Assembly: GCA_963728565.1 (NCBI GenBank)
Contig: CAVSLC010000019.1
Coordinates: forward strand, 1-64,000
Reading direction: 5' to 3'
Length of the DNA: 64,000 nucleotides
Origin: an uncultured delta proteobacterium
Lineage (GTDB): Bacteria > Desulfobacterota > Binatia > UBA9968
How positions within the stretch are numbered: the first letter of the stretch is position 1; each line of letters starts with the position of its first letter. Of the stretch, positions 21,004-31,876 are shown one piece after another. The position numbers and the translations under genes were made by a program. The notes beneath the pieces were generated by a model that was not told the origin of the DNA, did not search any database, and was given only the letters and a program-made list of their open reading frames with translations.

Positions 21004-22023
21004 CTAGCGAAGCTTGAAGATTTCCTTCCAAAGTTTGTTGTACCTCGGAAACTCCTTGTAGTCGGCAACCGTCAAGGCATAAATCTTTTCAGGTCGCACC
21101 TTGTCGGTAGGTTCGACTTTCGGATGTGCGGGTATGCGGCCGCCCAGGGCCATGGCTTTTTGTCCTTCCTCAGTGAGGACCCAGCGGTACCAGAGTAAGG
21201 CCGTACTTGGATGCGGCGCATTCTTCGCCATCGCCACTGCAATGACATTTCCCATGCCTTCGGTAAGCATGAAATTCAACGGCGCTCCCCGCTTCATCCT
21301 GGTTGGGAAATGATGAGCATAGCAGGTGACGCACAGTGCGCCTTGGCCGGCGACAAGAAATTCGGCGAGCTCCGAATGGCCCTTATGAAACTCGACGTCG
21401 TTCGCCGCGATCTGTTTGAGAATAGCGACCGCCTTTTCTTCGCTGCCGTACTTCTGCTTGAGACCAACGAGAAGCTCGACATCCCGCGGTTCGGCAATCA
21501 GGCGGCCCTTCCATCGCGCATCGACGAAGTCTTCAAATTGTTTCGGTTCTTCGTCTTTTTTTACCAAATTGGTATTCCATGCTGCGATGATGAATTGGAG
21601 ATCTGTAGCCACGTAGTACGACCCTTTTAAGTTGGCGGGATAAGCCGCCGATTCAGGCGGTAATCGATCTACGAGCAAGCCCTGATCGTTGGCTTGCCCT
21701 AAGTTCTCCAGATTCAGCTGGAAGACATCGACGAAAGTTTTTCCGCCGCGCGCTTCAGTAATCGCCCGGGCGATCAGCTTGTCGGCAGTGGCGTCGACGT
21801 GGTTAACCTTCAAACCCGGGAAGCGCTTTTCAAATGCTGGAAGAACCTTTTCGGCATTGATTTGCGCCAAGGTCCCATAGAAGGTAAGCGAGCCGCCTTC
21901 CTGAAGCGCCTTTTTGTGTAGTTGATCTAGGCTCTCTTGCGCGTGAGCCGTTCCCAGCAGGAGAAGCGCGCCCAGCGAAAGGCTTACAAGCGCTGAAATG
22001 GCATAATTGCGTCTACGATTCAT
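21004..22023 (-). CDS. Extracellular solute-binding protein (Fe3+/AfuA-like family)
   Basis: Signal peptide; WNTNLV, WKGRL, NAPHPSTALLW, TEEGQ. Confidence 0.8.
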   Translation of the reverse strand: MNRRRNYAISALVSLSLGALLLLGTAHAQESLDQLHKKALQEGGSLTFYGTLAQINAEKVLPAFEKRFPGLKVNHVDATADKLIARAITEARGGKTFVDVFQLNLENLGQANDQGLLVDRLPPESAAYPANLKGSYYVATDLQFIIAAWNTNLVKKDEEPKQFEDFVDARWKGRLIAEPRDVELLVGLKQKYGSEEKAVAILKQIAANDVEFHKGHSELAEFLVAGQGALCVTCYAHHFPTRMKRGAPLNFMLTEGMGNVIAVAMAKNAPHPSTALLWYRWVLTEEGQKAMALGGRIPAHPKVEPTDKVRPEKIYALTVADYKEFPRYNKLWKEIFKLR

Positions 22024-22158
22024 TCTCGACCTCCATGTTGATGTCGCGTCAGCGTCTTCGAAATGAGAAGGTACATCAAAAACTGCCGCACACTACCGTT
22101 TGAGATAAAGCTCGTCAACAACCTTTCAAAGGCGGCCAAGTGCCAACTCTGACTGGTC

Positions 22159-23037
22159 CTAGCCGAGATTGTTTATTTTTGTTTGCCGTCGGCTCGCAAG
22201 CCTGTCGATCACGTCTGCGATTGCCGGGAGCGGCTCGGTCTGATCTTTGAACGGCGCGAGCCGCTCCCAGAGCTCAGCGGCGGCGTTGTGAAAGCCCGTA
22301 GGCAGGCCGGCGGCTTCGAAGGTTGCGGCGATTTCTTTCATCTCACCGACGTAGCGCCATGCCTTCGGGGTTGCTACTGCTGCGGCTTGTTGACTACGCC
22401 GCTCGAGGTCGGGTTGCGAGATGGCCCATTCCTGAAGCAGCGCCTGGTCCACCCCTTCGGACGCCGCAAAAGTTCGGATCGCCAGAAGCAGCGCATCACT
22501 GCATTTTGTCCAGGCGGCATAAGCGACTTTCAAAGCGGAAGCCGCGCCCGGCTCAGCGCCGATGGTCTTGGCGTCCAGCATGCTATCAGCAAACAGCGCG
22601 GCAATCTCCGGGGCGTGCTCACCGGACAGATACATCCGCGTTGTTCCCGGCCGTTTGACGGGTGAACCGATGATCCCGCCGTCAACGAAAGTGGCGCCGG
22701 CTCTGGTGACGATTTCACAGATCTGCTGCGCCGTAGCTCGAGAAACCGCGTTAGCGTCAACGTAGATTCCTTTGAAGCGGTGCTGCGCAACATTGCGGGC
22801 AAGATTGAGAGCCGCATCCGGCGGGCACACAGAAAGAATGACTTCGCTTTCATTGACGGCGTTAGTTAATGTTTTGACATCGCGAAGCCCCGCATCGCGA
22901 GCCCGATCCTGGCTTGCTTTGCTGCGCCCCTCCGATACCCAAACCATGCGAGCGCCGCTGGTCGCTGCAGCCACGCCGATCGTCGTTCCCATATTGCCGG
23001 GATGAAGCAGCGCAACAGTTTTATTCGTCATGATCAT
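22159..23037 (-). CDS. NAD(P)-dependent oxidoreductase (6PGD/3-hydroxyisobutyrate DH-like with DUF1932)
   Basis: HPGNMG, YVDANAVS, FVDGGIIG, ASALKVAYAAWTK, KAWRYVGEMKEI. Confidence 0.85.
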   Translation of the reverse strand: MIMTNKTVALLHPGNMGTTIGVAAATSGARMVWVSEGRSKASQDRARDAGLRDVKTLTNAVNESEVILSVCPPDAALNLARNVAQHRFKGIYVDANAVSRATAQQICEIVTRAGATFVDGGIIGSPVKRPGTTRMYLSGEHAPEIAALFADSMLDAKTIGAEPGAASALKVAYAAWTKCSDALLLAIRTFAASEGVDQALLQEWAISQPDLERRSQQAAAVATPKAWRYVGEMKEIAATFEAAGLPTGFHNAAAELWERLAPFKDQTEPLPAIADVIDRLASRRQTKINNLG

Positions 23038-23297
23038 TCCTCCGGAGCACTGACAAAACGCGCTAGCCGTTATAAAAATCCGTCATCGATATGCGCGCTT
23101 GCTTAAGGTGCCCTAACATTGTGAATAAAGCTAACCTAGTCGACGCCGAGCATGCGAGTCAAGAATCGAGCTCTACTGTTAACAACCATCGCCCCGCGGC
23201 TTGCTCTAACCCTTGTTCGTTGTACACGGGGGATGGCTTGGGCCGGCTTGAGCCAATGGCTCGGATGCTACGGAGATAACTCCTGAATCGAGGTTGC

Positions 23298-24277
23298 ATG
23301 GTAATCCATCTTGGTATCGCGCTGCTGGCAGTCGTGCTGACGGCCTCGACAGCGGTGGCTCAAGAGAAAGCCAAAAGCTATCTTGGCGCATCGAGCAAGA
23401 AGCTGGGCTATAGTCCTCCCTGGCTCGCCACCAAGAAAGGTGCTTTGAGCAGCAGGGCCTCGATGTTCAACTGGTTCTCTCGCGCGGAATGCCGATGACA
23501 GCGCAGGCCCTGGCGGCAGGTTCGTTGCATTTCGGCTCGGGAGGGCCGGAGCCTTATATTGAAGCAGCCGAGCGCGGTCTCGATTTTGTCATCACCGGCG
23601 GAGTCATCAACGGGACCGCTCAATTCATCATTGCCGGCAAGAACTACAAAAGCTACGAAGATTTACGCGGCGCGACCTTCGGCACGGCGTCTTTAACCGG
23701 CGGCACCATCACCGCATTGCGCGAAGCATTGAAGGTCAAGGGGCTTGAGTATCCGCGTGATTATAAGTTGCTAATCGTTGCCGGAGGCTCTTCCGCCAAC
23801 CTGGCGGCACTGCAGTCCGGGCAGATCGCCGCCACAACCGTCGCGGTGCCGCTGAATTATGCGGCGGAGGAGGCAGGTTTCAATATCATCGGTCGGATCA
23901 TCGATGGTGTTCCCAATTTCCAAACTAACGTTATCGCAACCAGACGCTCGTGGGCGGAAAAGAATCGGCCGGTTATGGTGCGCTTCATGAAGGGGGTTGT
24001 TCAGGCGCTGCGCTGGCTGCATGACAATAAGGAACCGGCCATCGAGTTTCTGTCGCGAGAAATTCAGCTCAAACCGACTCACGCGCGCAAAGGATGGGAG
24101 TTCTATACGCAGAATCATCTCTGGCCGGCCGATGGCGCGGTCACGCTCGAAGGAATGAAATACAACATCCGTATCTATGCCGACCAAACCGGCATGAAAG
24201 GGCCGTTGCCCGATCCCGCCAAGTTCGTCGATCAAAGCTATTTGTCTGAGGCACTGAGAGAATTACCCAAGCAGTGA
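23298..24277 (+). CDS. NMT1/SsuA-like solute-binding protein, frameshifted near 23441 (possible pseudogene)
   Basis: Adding one base restores KKGxFEQQGLDVQLV as in paralog 30167..31165. Confidence 0.78.
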
Positions 24278-24322
24278 TCGTTCAGTTGTTTGTTCTTTAT
24301 CTACTCAGCATCGCAGTGGAGG

Positions 24323-25461
24323 CTACGGAGCAAATTCAGCCAAGCGTCGCAGGGCGTTTAGCTGAAGGCGGTGGTAGAGCGCAGATTCGAGGACCCGATC
24401 CCGCGCTCGGCAGGCGAGATCACCTTCCAACTGAAACATTCTTCCGAAGATTCGGGACGCCCGCACGAAACTATTGGCGCGCCGAATGCGACGGCTTTCG
24501 TAGTTGCGCAGCGCCGAAACGGGATCGCTGGCTTTCTCCAAGCAGCGGGTCAGGACGGCGGCATCTTCGAGAGCCTGACACGCGCCTTGGCCGAGATCCG
24601 GGGTCATTGGGTGCGCTGCATCGCCGAGCAGTGTCACTCTCTCATGGCTCCAGCGTTTCAAGGGCGATCGATCATAGATCTCCGTCCGGATAATGACGCT
24701 CTCCTCGGTAGCTTCGATCAGCTCGGGAATCGGTTTGTGCCATGGATAAAAAGTTTCAAGTAGATCGCCCTTACAGTTGCCCGATGGGCCTCTTCCATGG
24801 GGTAGATTTTTGGTAGCAAACCAGTAAGCCCGATTAGCTTGTTTCAACGGTACCTGCCCGAACTGACTGCCACGACCCAGCGAAATACTGGGCAATATCC
24901 GTTGATGTTCGAATTTCGTGACGCCCCTCCAGGCGACGTAACCTGCGTATCTCGGCTCGCTCGCGCCGAAGAGTTGCGCGCGACAACCGAACGGAGACCG
25001 TCAGCGCCAAGCAGAAGGTCACCTTCAACAGCGGTGCCGTCTGACAGCAAGGCCTTCACCCGCTGGCCGTTCTGCTCCAAGCCTATACAGCGGGCGCCCA
25101 GGCGTATGTCGGCAGCGGCTGCTAGGTCGCGCAACGTCGAAAGCAACTCGCCTCGGTGCAGTATGAAGGTGACGTCTCCGAGCTCACGCCGTAGCTCCTG
25201 TAGGTCTAGTTGAAACAGCAGCCTGCCGCGCCACGAGCGTATGCCACCGCCGCCTTCTTCTATGGCGAGTCGCCGGACCGGACCGTCAATCCCCAGACTC
25301 GCTAATGCCTTCAGCGCATTGGGCCATAGAGAAATACCCGAACCAACTTCACCAATCTCGCTGGCCTGCTCGATTATCAAAGTCTCGAGATTTAGCCGGC
25401 GAAGTCCTATGGCGGCTGCCATCCCGGCGATGCCCGCGCCAATGACGATGACCCTAGCCAT
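24323..25461 (-). CDS. FAD-dependent monooxygenase (salicylate hydroxylase-like), frameshifted near 24978
   Basis: GAGIAG, GADGLRSVV, shifted frame reads RYAGYVAWRG, then LLGDAAHPMTPDLGQGACQALEDA. Confidence 0.85.
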
Positions 25462-25520
25462 AATCGCTAGTGATCAGGTAATCTGACGCTATCGCGGCGA
25501 TGGCGCGTGCAGCGAGCGAA

Positions 25521-26210
25521 TCACTCCAGTGTATCCAGCAATTCCAAAGTGATTTCCTTGAGAGAACTGCAGACCCGAGTCGCTTTCGAGAAATCATGAT
25601 GGCGGGTATGACGGTTCGGTATGGCGATGCAGCGGATGCCGGCGAGGCTTGCCGCAATTACGCCTTTCTCGGCGTCTTCCAAAACCACGCATTGCGATGG
25701 TGCCGCGCCAAGCCGTTGGGCCGCGGCGAGGAAGATATCCGGTGCTGGTTTGACCTGCGCCACATCCAAACCGGTGACGATTACCTGGAAATAATGAGCG
25801 ATACCCAGACCCGCTAAGACACCCTCTACCGCATCCGGATATGACGATGAGGCGAGCGCCAGTTTTTTTCGGCTATACATTTGCTCCAAGAGAGCCAGCG
25901 CGCCTTCCATCGGGCGCAGCTCCGATCTCAGCAGATCCAAATAGCAGCGGGACTTGTGGGCGCGCAGCGCAATCGGATCCAAAGTTAAACCGCGTTCGCT
26001 AATCCATTCGGTGATTCCTCTGCCGCTGCGAACCCAATGCTCGGCATACTCATAATCGCTGACGGCGGCGCCGTGCGCGTGTAGGGCCTCCTGATAGGCG
26101 ATACAGTGAAGGCGCTCGGTATCGGCCAAGAGCCCATCGAGATCAAAGATAATACTCGTTATCATGTTTACGGAATACGGCAGGGACATAGCCGACACTT
26201 TATCAGCCAC
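25521..26210 (-). CDS. HAD-family phosphatase (CbbY/beta-PGM-like)
   Basis: FDLDGLLADTE, ASSS, KPAPDIF, LEDAEKG. Confidence 0.88.
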   Translation of the reverse strand: MADKVSAMSLPYSVNMITSIIFDLDGLLADTERLHCIAYQEALHAHGAAVSDYEYAEHWVRSGRGITEWISERGLTLDPIALRAHKSRCYLDLLRSELRPMEGALALLEQMYSRKKLALASSSYPDAVEGVLAGLGIAHYFQVIVTGLDVAQVKPAPDIFLAAAQRLGAAPSQCVVLEDAEKGVIAASLAGIRCIAIPNRHTRHHDFSKATRVCSSLKEITLELLDTLE

Positions 26211-26534
26211 AGCAAGTCGTTTGAAGCTCGGGCCGGCCGATAAGTCAACGTGATAGTGTATTAACGTAATTAAACTGAGAGAAAGCGCCGGATGAATCCG
26301 CCTTCATCCAGCAGTGCATGAAATACGCGACATCCCAATTGAATCATGATTCGATTTAGCTGAATCACCAGCTCCCCGCTGTGTCGATTGTGAAATCCTT
26401 GGCAGTATCTGTCCCAGCTCTAGCACGCTAGCATGGAGCGAAGACCACTTTAACCGCGCAACGTCGAAAGATCGCCGAAGCAGGATATTTCGTTATCCGA
26501 GGCATGTCTAGAGACTGTGTCCCATGCGGGTCAC

Positions 26535-26550
26535 TGGCATACCGGTTGCG
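26535..26550 (+). promoter_or_regulatory. Sigma54 (-24/-12) promoter
   Basis: TGGCAT-ACCGG-TTGCG (GG-N10-GC) 55 bp upstream of ATG 26606. Confidence 0.6.
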
Positions 26551-26605
26551 ATTACCAACGTGGGCGCAACGTTCTGGAATTGGCACGTAAAAAGGAGGGT
26601 AAATA

Positions 26606-27108
26606 ATGGGAAAGAAAAAATCAGCTTTAACAGCAGCGATAATTTTTGGAGTTGGGTTGGCCGCGACACCGGCTTTCTCGCAGAGCGCGCCAGGGGGTAA
26701 AAGCGTACCGCCGAATCTTGACCGCAATCCGACGACACCGGGTCGCGAACAGCAATTACCTCCCAGTGGAAGGGAGATCCCGAAGGGCACAGAAGGAATG
26801 TCCGCTTCGGATATCAAGCAGGTACAGCAAGCCCTAAAGGCGAAAGGTCACGATGCGGGAACATCGGGTGTGATGGATGATAAAACGCGTGAGGCTATTC
26901 GCGCTTTTCAGAAGACAGAAGGCTTGACGATGACCGGAACTGTTGATGACAAGACCGCCCAAGCGTTGGGCGTGAGCGGCAAGTCATCCAGCGGTCAGGT
27001 GCGAGCGGGTCGCGCGGTTCATCGGGTTCGTCAGGATCAACCGGTGGTGGGGCGTCAGGGAAATCGTCCGGTTCTTCCGGTTCTACGGATAAATCGCCTA
27101 GCCGGTAA
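26606..27108 (+). CDS. Secreted peptidoglycan-binding (PG_binding_1) protein with Ser/Gly-rich tail; indel near 26993
   Basis: Signal peptide; IKQVQQALKAKG...TREAIRAFQKTEGL.MTGTVDDKT; alternate frame gives SGASGSRGSSGSSGSTGGGASG...SPSR-stop. Confidence 0.75.
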
Positions 27109-27159
27109 ACACCGGTAAACAGTAGATAGTTAACGTTGCGTTCGCGCAATGCCGCTTGC

Positions 27160-27193
27160 GTGCAGAGGCCGGGTTTTATCCCGGCCTCTGCAC
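27160..27193 (+). terminator. Terminator hairpin
   Basis: GTGCAGAGGCCGGG-TTTTAT-CCCGGCCTCTGCAC perfect 14-bp stem. Confidence 0.75.
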
Positions 27194-27348
27194 ATTAATA
27201 TTCTTCTGCCGCGTCTATCAAACCGCATATTCTTCCCAAAACAGCGATTAGAAAAATCCAAGTCTCTGAGCGCGCATCGGTGTCACTGATCCGTCCCCGC
27301 CATTTCGAATTGTCTCGGTCCATCACCAGATGCTACGATCGGATCGAC

Positions 27349-27832
27349 ATGATAATTGTGATCACGGGTGTAACCGGCTCCGGCAAAACTACCGATAGGA
27401 AAGCTGTTGGCCGCCGAGCTGCATTGGAAGTTCTACGAGGGCGATGATTTTCATCCGCTGGTTAATATAGAAAAACTAAGACGGGGCGAGCCGCTCGATG
27501 ATCAGGATCGTCTCCCTTGGCTTCTAGCAATCAGGGATACCATTCGTGCGGCAATCGATCGAGGCGAGAATGCGGTCATAGCCTGTTCCGCCCTGAAGGA
27601 GTCGTACCGGCGAATGCTTCGAATCAGCCCGGAAGTGATTTTGATACACCTAGAAGCAAATCCCGAATTGATCGAAAATCGATTGAAGCACCGCACCGGG
27701 CACTTCATGAATCCGGCTTTGGTTCGAAGTCAATTTCAGACGCTCGAGGAACCCGAGGCTGCGCTGCAGATCGACGCCGGCATGAGGCCCGGAGAAATCG
27801 TCGGCGCCATTAAAGCTCGTTTCGCGTTATAA
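27349..27832 (+). CDS. Gluconokinase (GntK/IdnK family), +1 indel near 27394
   Basis: MIIVITGVTGSGKTT from ATG 27349; EGDDFHP, PLDDQDRLPWL, ACSALKESYR, HFMNPALVRSQF. Confidence 0.85.
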
Positions 27833-27872
27833 ACGTACGCAGTTCGGTGGTTGCCTGCGGCAACCGGCAGAG

Positions 27873-28370
27873 ATGGCCCAAACACGAGTAACTCCGCCGC
27901 ATTTCATTCGTCCCGGATCGATCGCCCGCGCGATAAATCGGTTCTACGGCTCACTGACGAAGCTTGGACTGAGCATGCCTTACAGTTTTTTATTGTCGGT
28001 ACCCGGCCGGAGAACGGGCGAGACGCGCTCGGTACCTGTGAATCTTCTGGAGAGCAACGGCAAGTTGTTTTTAGTCGCCACCCGCGGAAATACTCAATGG
28101 GCGCGCAACGCCCGCGCGAGCCGAAAAATATTGTTAACGCGCGGAAGATTACGGATGGAGTTTTCGTTGCGACTGGTCCCGGACAACGAAAAGCCTGCCG
28201 TATTGCAAACTTATTTAAGTCGATTCAAGTGGATGGCTTGGCGCTTTTTTCCATTGCCCGCCGGTTCGTCGCCGGCGAGTTTTGAGCCTATCGCCGCGCG
28301 TTATCCGGTGTTCGAACTGAGTCGTATTCGCCCAGAAAGTTCTCCCGAATCGCCGGATTTAAAGGAGTAG
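27873..28370 (+). CDS. Ddn/DUF385-like (deazaflavin-dependent nitroreductase fold) protein
   Basis: LLSVPGRRTGETRSVPV, QWARNARA, YPVFEL. Confidence 0.7.
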   Translation: MAQTRVTPPHFIRPGSIARAINRFYGSLTKLGLSMPYSFLLSVPGRRTGETRSVPVNLLESNGKLFLVATRGNTQWARNARASRKILLTRGRLRMEFSLRLVPDNEKPAVLQTYLSRFKWMAWRFFPLPAGSSPASFEPIAARYPVFELSRIRPESSPESPDLKE

Positions 28371-28382
28371 TCCGCTCGGTCG

Positions 28383-28788
28383 ATGCCTACCTGGTTTAGA
28401 TACTTACTATTTCAAGTTCCGGGGTGGTGCATGGCGGCGCTGGTGTTGCTGCTCCTTGGACATTACCAAATGATCTCGTTTTCAGGTGCGGCTGATTTGT
28501 TTCGCTGCCTGGATGCTGAAGGATTGGATTCTCTATCCATGGCTCAGAAGCGTCTACCAGGTTTCCAGTCGGACAGGTTCAAAGACGCTTATAGGTTGTA
28601 AGGGCATGGCCGAGAGTCATCTCGCGCCGGAAGGTTTGATTCGCGTTCGCGGTGAGCTCTGGCGCGCCGTTGCCATCCCCCGCGATCTGCCAATTCAAAG
28701 GGGAATTGCAGTGGAAATAATCGATGCCGACGGTATGACGGTTTTTGTTCGGCCGCTCAGTGACCCAGCCACCAACGACTCCATGTAG
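28383..28788 (+). CDS. NfeD-like membrane protein (C-terminal OB fold), frameshifted near 28485
   Basis: Two TM segments then LIGCKG...LAPEGLIRVRGELWRA...VEIIDADGMTVFVRP. Confidence 0.75.
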
Positions 28789-28936
28789 AACGAATGATTT
28801 CACCTTTTGCCTGAAGCAGGCCTTTGTCGCAGCGCAATTGTCCGCTGTGTTCTCAGACCCCATCACTGCCTCCGTTGCACCTGCTCAACGCATGCCTTGC
28901 TTGACCTCTTTCCATCCCATTGATATGCCAGCAAGC

Positions 28937-30040
28937 ATGCTAATTTTAAGCAACGAAGAAATCGAATCATTTCTCTCGATCGATAAGTGCATCAATGCGT
29001 TGGAGAAAGCCTACGCCAGTTGGGACGAGGGCAAGGCGATCAACCGGCCGCGCACCGATTTGGTCATGCCCTCATCGAACGGCAGCGGTGTTTACGCTTT
29101 TAAATCGATGGAAGCGGGGCTTTATGATCCGCCTATCGTGGCGATGCGCATCAATTCCGACATCATCCGCTGGCAGCAGCAGGGCAGTCGAGTGATCAAA
29201 ACCAAAGTGCCCGCAGCGCCCGGGGACAAGTATGTCGGGCTGGTGATGTTATTTTCTACTGTAACCGGCGAGCCGCTCGCCATTTTTCCCGACGGCGTGG
29301 TTCAGCGAATGCGTGTGGCATCGAGCAGCGCTTTGGCGGCGCGCTATCTGGCGCGCCCAGATGCGAGCACCTTGGCGATTTTTGGTTCCGGCTGGCAGGC
29401 CGGCAGCCATCTGCCGGCGATGTGCGCGGTACGAAGCATCAAAAGAGTCAATGTTTTTAGTCCGACCAAGACCAACCGAGAAGCATTCGTAAAAGAAATC
29501 ACCCAGAAGGTCAGCGCGGACGTTCGTCCGGTGGACAGCGCCGAAGAGGCGGTTCGGGATGCGGATATTATTGCGGCGACGACCAACTCCTTGACCCGGG
29601 TTATCAATCCTGAATGGGTAAGACCGGGCATTCACCTGACCTGTGTGCGGGTTCCCGAATTGGGCGACGAAACGATCCAGAAGATAGATCGCCTGGTAAT
29701 TCATTCGCGCCAGCACGCCCCAGAAAATTACATTGCCGGATTTGGCGATCAGGGCATTGAATCGCACGATGCCATCGACATCATTCGCAAGGGACCGGCG
29801 CAAGCTCGCGAAGCAAAAGTCGAACATCCATTCTGGTTAGCCTCACCGGAATTAAGAGATCTTGTCATTGGACGAGCTCAAGGCCGGGAAAATGCGCAGG
29901 AGTCCACTTGCTTTCTCAACAATATCGGTATCGGTCTGCAGTTTGCCGCCGTCGGCGCCGCGGTTTTGGCCGAGGCAAAGAAAAAGGGCGCGGGTCACGA
30001 AATTCCCACCGACTGGTTTTTAGAAACGGTCCATCCTTGA
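28937..30040 (+). CDS. Ornithine cyclodeaminase/mu-crystallin family protein
   Basis: MRVASSSALAARYLAR, IFGSGWQA, DIIAATTNS, NNIGIGLQFAAVG. Confidence 0.85.
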   Translation: MLILSNEEIESFLSIDKCINALEKAYASWDEGKAINRPRTDLVMPSSNGSGVYAFKSMEAGLYDPPIVAMRINSDIIRWQQQGSRVIKTKVPAAPGDKYVGLVMLFSTVTGEPLAIFPDGVVQRMRVASSSALAARYLARPDASTLAIFGSGWQAGSHLPAMCAVRSIKRVNVFSPTKTNREAFVKEITQKVSADVRPVDSAEEAVRDADIIAATTNSLTRVINPEWVRPGIHLTCVRVPELGDETIQKIDRLVIHSRQHAPENYIAGFGDQGIESHDAIDIIRKGPAQAREAKVEHPFWLASPELRDLVIGRAQGRENAQESTCFLNNIGIGLQFAAVGAAVLAEAKKKGAGHEIPTDWFLETVHP

Positions 30041-30166
30041 TTGTTCAAGCGGCATCCTCGAAACTCAGATCTTACAGATTAGCTCGGCAAGAACTCTCCA
30101 TAGAGAACAGTCCAATGGCGGATCTGCACGTGACCGGTTCGAAGGATCTAGGGGAAGGGTAGGAGT

Positions 30167-31165
30167 GTGATCGTGTTGCTTAGAATCGTTGTTGTTATTC
30201 TGTTTGCCGGCTTTGTTGTCTCTTCCGCATCGGCGCAGGAGAAGCTGCGCTTTTATCTCGGCGCCTCGAGTAAAACTCTAGGTTACAGCCCGCTTTGGGT
30301 GGCGGCGAAAAAGGGCTTTTTTGAGCAACAAGGTTTGGACGTGCAGCTTCTCCTTCTTCGCGGCACGCCGATGACAGTTCAAGCTTTGGCCGGGGCTTCA
30401 CTCAATGTCGGTTCGGGCAGCCCGGAAGCGTTTATCGAAGCCTCGGAGCGCGGCTTGGATTTGGTGATTATTGGCGGCATCATCAACGGGCTAACGCATT
30501 ACATTGTCGGAGGCAAAAACTACAAAACGTATCAGGACCTGCGCGGCGCCACTTTAGGCGCCTCTTCGTTGACTAGCGGCACGGTGACGGCATTTAAGCA
30601 AGCGCTCAAGGTCAAAGGACTCGAGTACCCGAGAGATTATAAAATACTTGTGGTTGCCGGCGGCTCTTCGGCCAATCTCGCGGCGTTACAAGCAGGGCAG
30701 ATCGCCGCCACCACGGTAGCGATTCCGCTTAACTATTTGGCAGAGGAAGCAGGTTTCAGTGTGATCGGCAGGCTAATCGATGCTGTGCCCGATTTCCAAT
30801 TGACGGTAATCGCGTCCAAGCGGTCTTGGGCGGACAAGAACCGCTCGTCAATGGTGCGCTTCATGAAGGGCATGGCGCAAGCGAATCGTTGGCTCTACGA
30901 CAACAAAGAACCGGCCATCGATTTCCTCACGCGCGAAATGCAACTGAAGCCAAACCATGCTGCGCGCGGGTGGGAATACTACACGCAGAATCGTATTTGG
31001 CATCCGGACGGCGATCTTAATCTTGAAGGTATGAAATACAATCTGCGGATTTATGCGGAGCAGACCGGAGCAAAGGGACCATCTGATTACGCCAAGTACA
31101 TCGACCAGAGCTACCTCTACGATGCATTGAAAGAGTTGAGAAGAAATAAACCTGGAGAGTGTTGA
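30167..31165 (+). CDS. NMT1/SsuA-like solute-binding protein
   Basis: Signal peptide; LWVAAKKGFFEQQGLDV; YIDQSYL. Confidence 0.85.
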   Translation: MIVLLRIVVVILFAGFVVSSASAQEKLRFYLGASSKTLGYSPLWVAAKKGFFEQQGLDVQLLLLRGTPMTVQALAGASLNVGSGSPEAFIEASERGLDLVIIGGIINGLTHYIVGGKNYKTYQDLRGATLGASSLTSGTVTAFKQALKVKGLEYPRDYKILVVAGGSSANLAALQAGQIAATTVAIPLNYLAEEAGFSVIGRLIDAVPDFQLTVIASKRSWADKNRSSMVRFMKGMAQANRWLYDNKEPAIDFLTREMQLKPNHAARGWEYYTQNRIWHPDGDLNLEGMKYNLRIYAEQTGAKGPSDYAKYIDQSYLYDALKELRRNKPGEC

Positions 31166-31175
31166 TGTGGATGGA

Positions 31176-31208
31176 GCCTGACCGTCTGCATGGCGCAGGC
31201 GGTCAGGC
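31176..31208. terminator. Hairpin between convergent genes
   Basis: GCCTGACCGTCTGC-ATGGC-GCAGGCGGTCAGGC. Confidence 0.6.
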
Positions 31209-31219
31209 CGTGAGTTGGG

Positions 31220-31792
31220 TTATCGTTTGTGCAGAGCGTCCTTTAGCTCGCCGCGCGCGTCTCGCAGCTCAGCTTGATCCTGTCGAAGATCTCTTCTGTC
31301 CCTGGCGATTTCCTTGTAGTCATCGCGGATCTCTTGCCGATCTCGAAGGATTTCCTCTTTGCTGGCGCCGTTGCGGATATCTCGGCGAAGCTCGGCTCTA
31401 TCCTTTCTCAGCTCTTTGAAGTCACCTCGTAATTCGCGCCGGCCTTCCTGCACGTCTTTTCGGGCGTCGCGTACGTTGCTGAATTTCTCTCGAACCAGCG
31501 GTTTATTGTGATGACCGCGATTGCCCTGGTATTTTCCGTGGCGCCCATCACGCAGGGAGCGGGAACCATCAAACCGGGCGTATCGCGCCTCTCCGGGACG
31601 GTAATTGCGGTGGCGATTGAAGCGATGATCGTTACTTCTTCCATGCCGGCCATCGAATCTGCGGTAATCGCCGTCGCGCCTGCTATGCTTGTATCGGTCA
31701 TTGTCCTTGGCGTCGGCAGTGGTCGGTAGCGCCGGAAGCATCAGCGCCACCCCCGTAAGTCCCGTTAGAATCATTTTACTTAAAAGTTTCAT
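31220..31792 (-). CDS. Secreted Arg/Asp-rich protein with heptad coiled-coil repeats
   Basis: Signal peptide (ADA); repeats such as ELRKDRAELRRD, DLRQDQAELRD; GGAGG RBS. Confidence 0.7.
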   Translation of the reverse strand: MKLLSKMILTGLTGVALMLPALPTTADAKDNDRYKHSRRDGDYRRFDGRHGRSNDHRFNRHRNYRPGEARYARFDGSRSLRDGRHGKYQGNRGHHNKPLVREKFSNVRDARKDVQEGRRELRGDFKELRKDRAELRRDIRNGASKEEILRDRQEIRDDYKEIARDRRDLRQDQAELRDARGELKDALHKR

Positions 31793-31876
31793 TTAACCCT
31801 CCTTCTGTTCAAATCTTGCCGTTTAGTTCACAAAGAAAATTATGCGTTAACCATAACCGCGTGGTGCGATGCTCGA

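Noticed and set aside
26581-26597. TGGCAC as a sigma54 -24 box
   Set aside because: No GC at the -12 position; the site at 26535 fits properly
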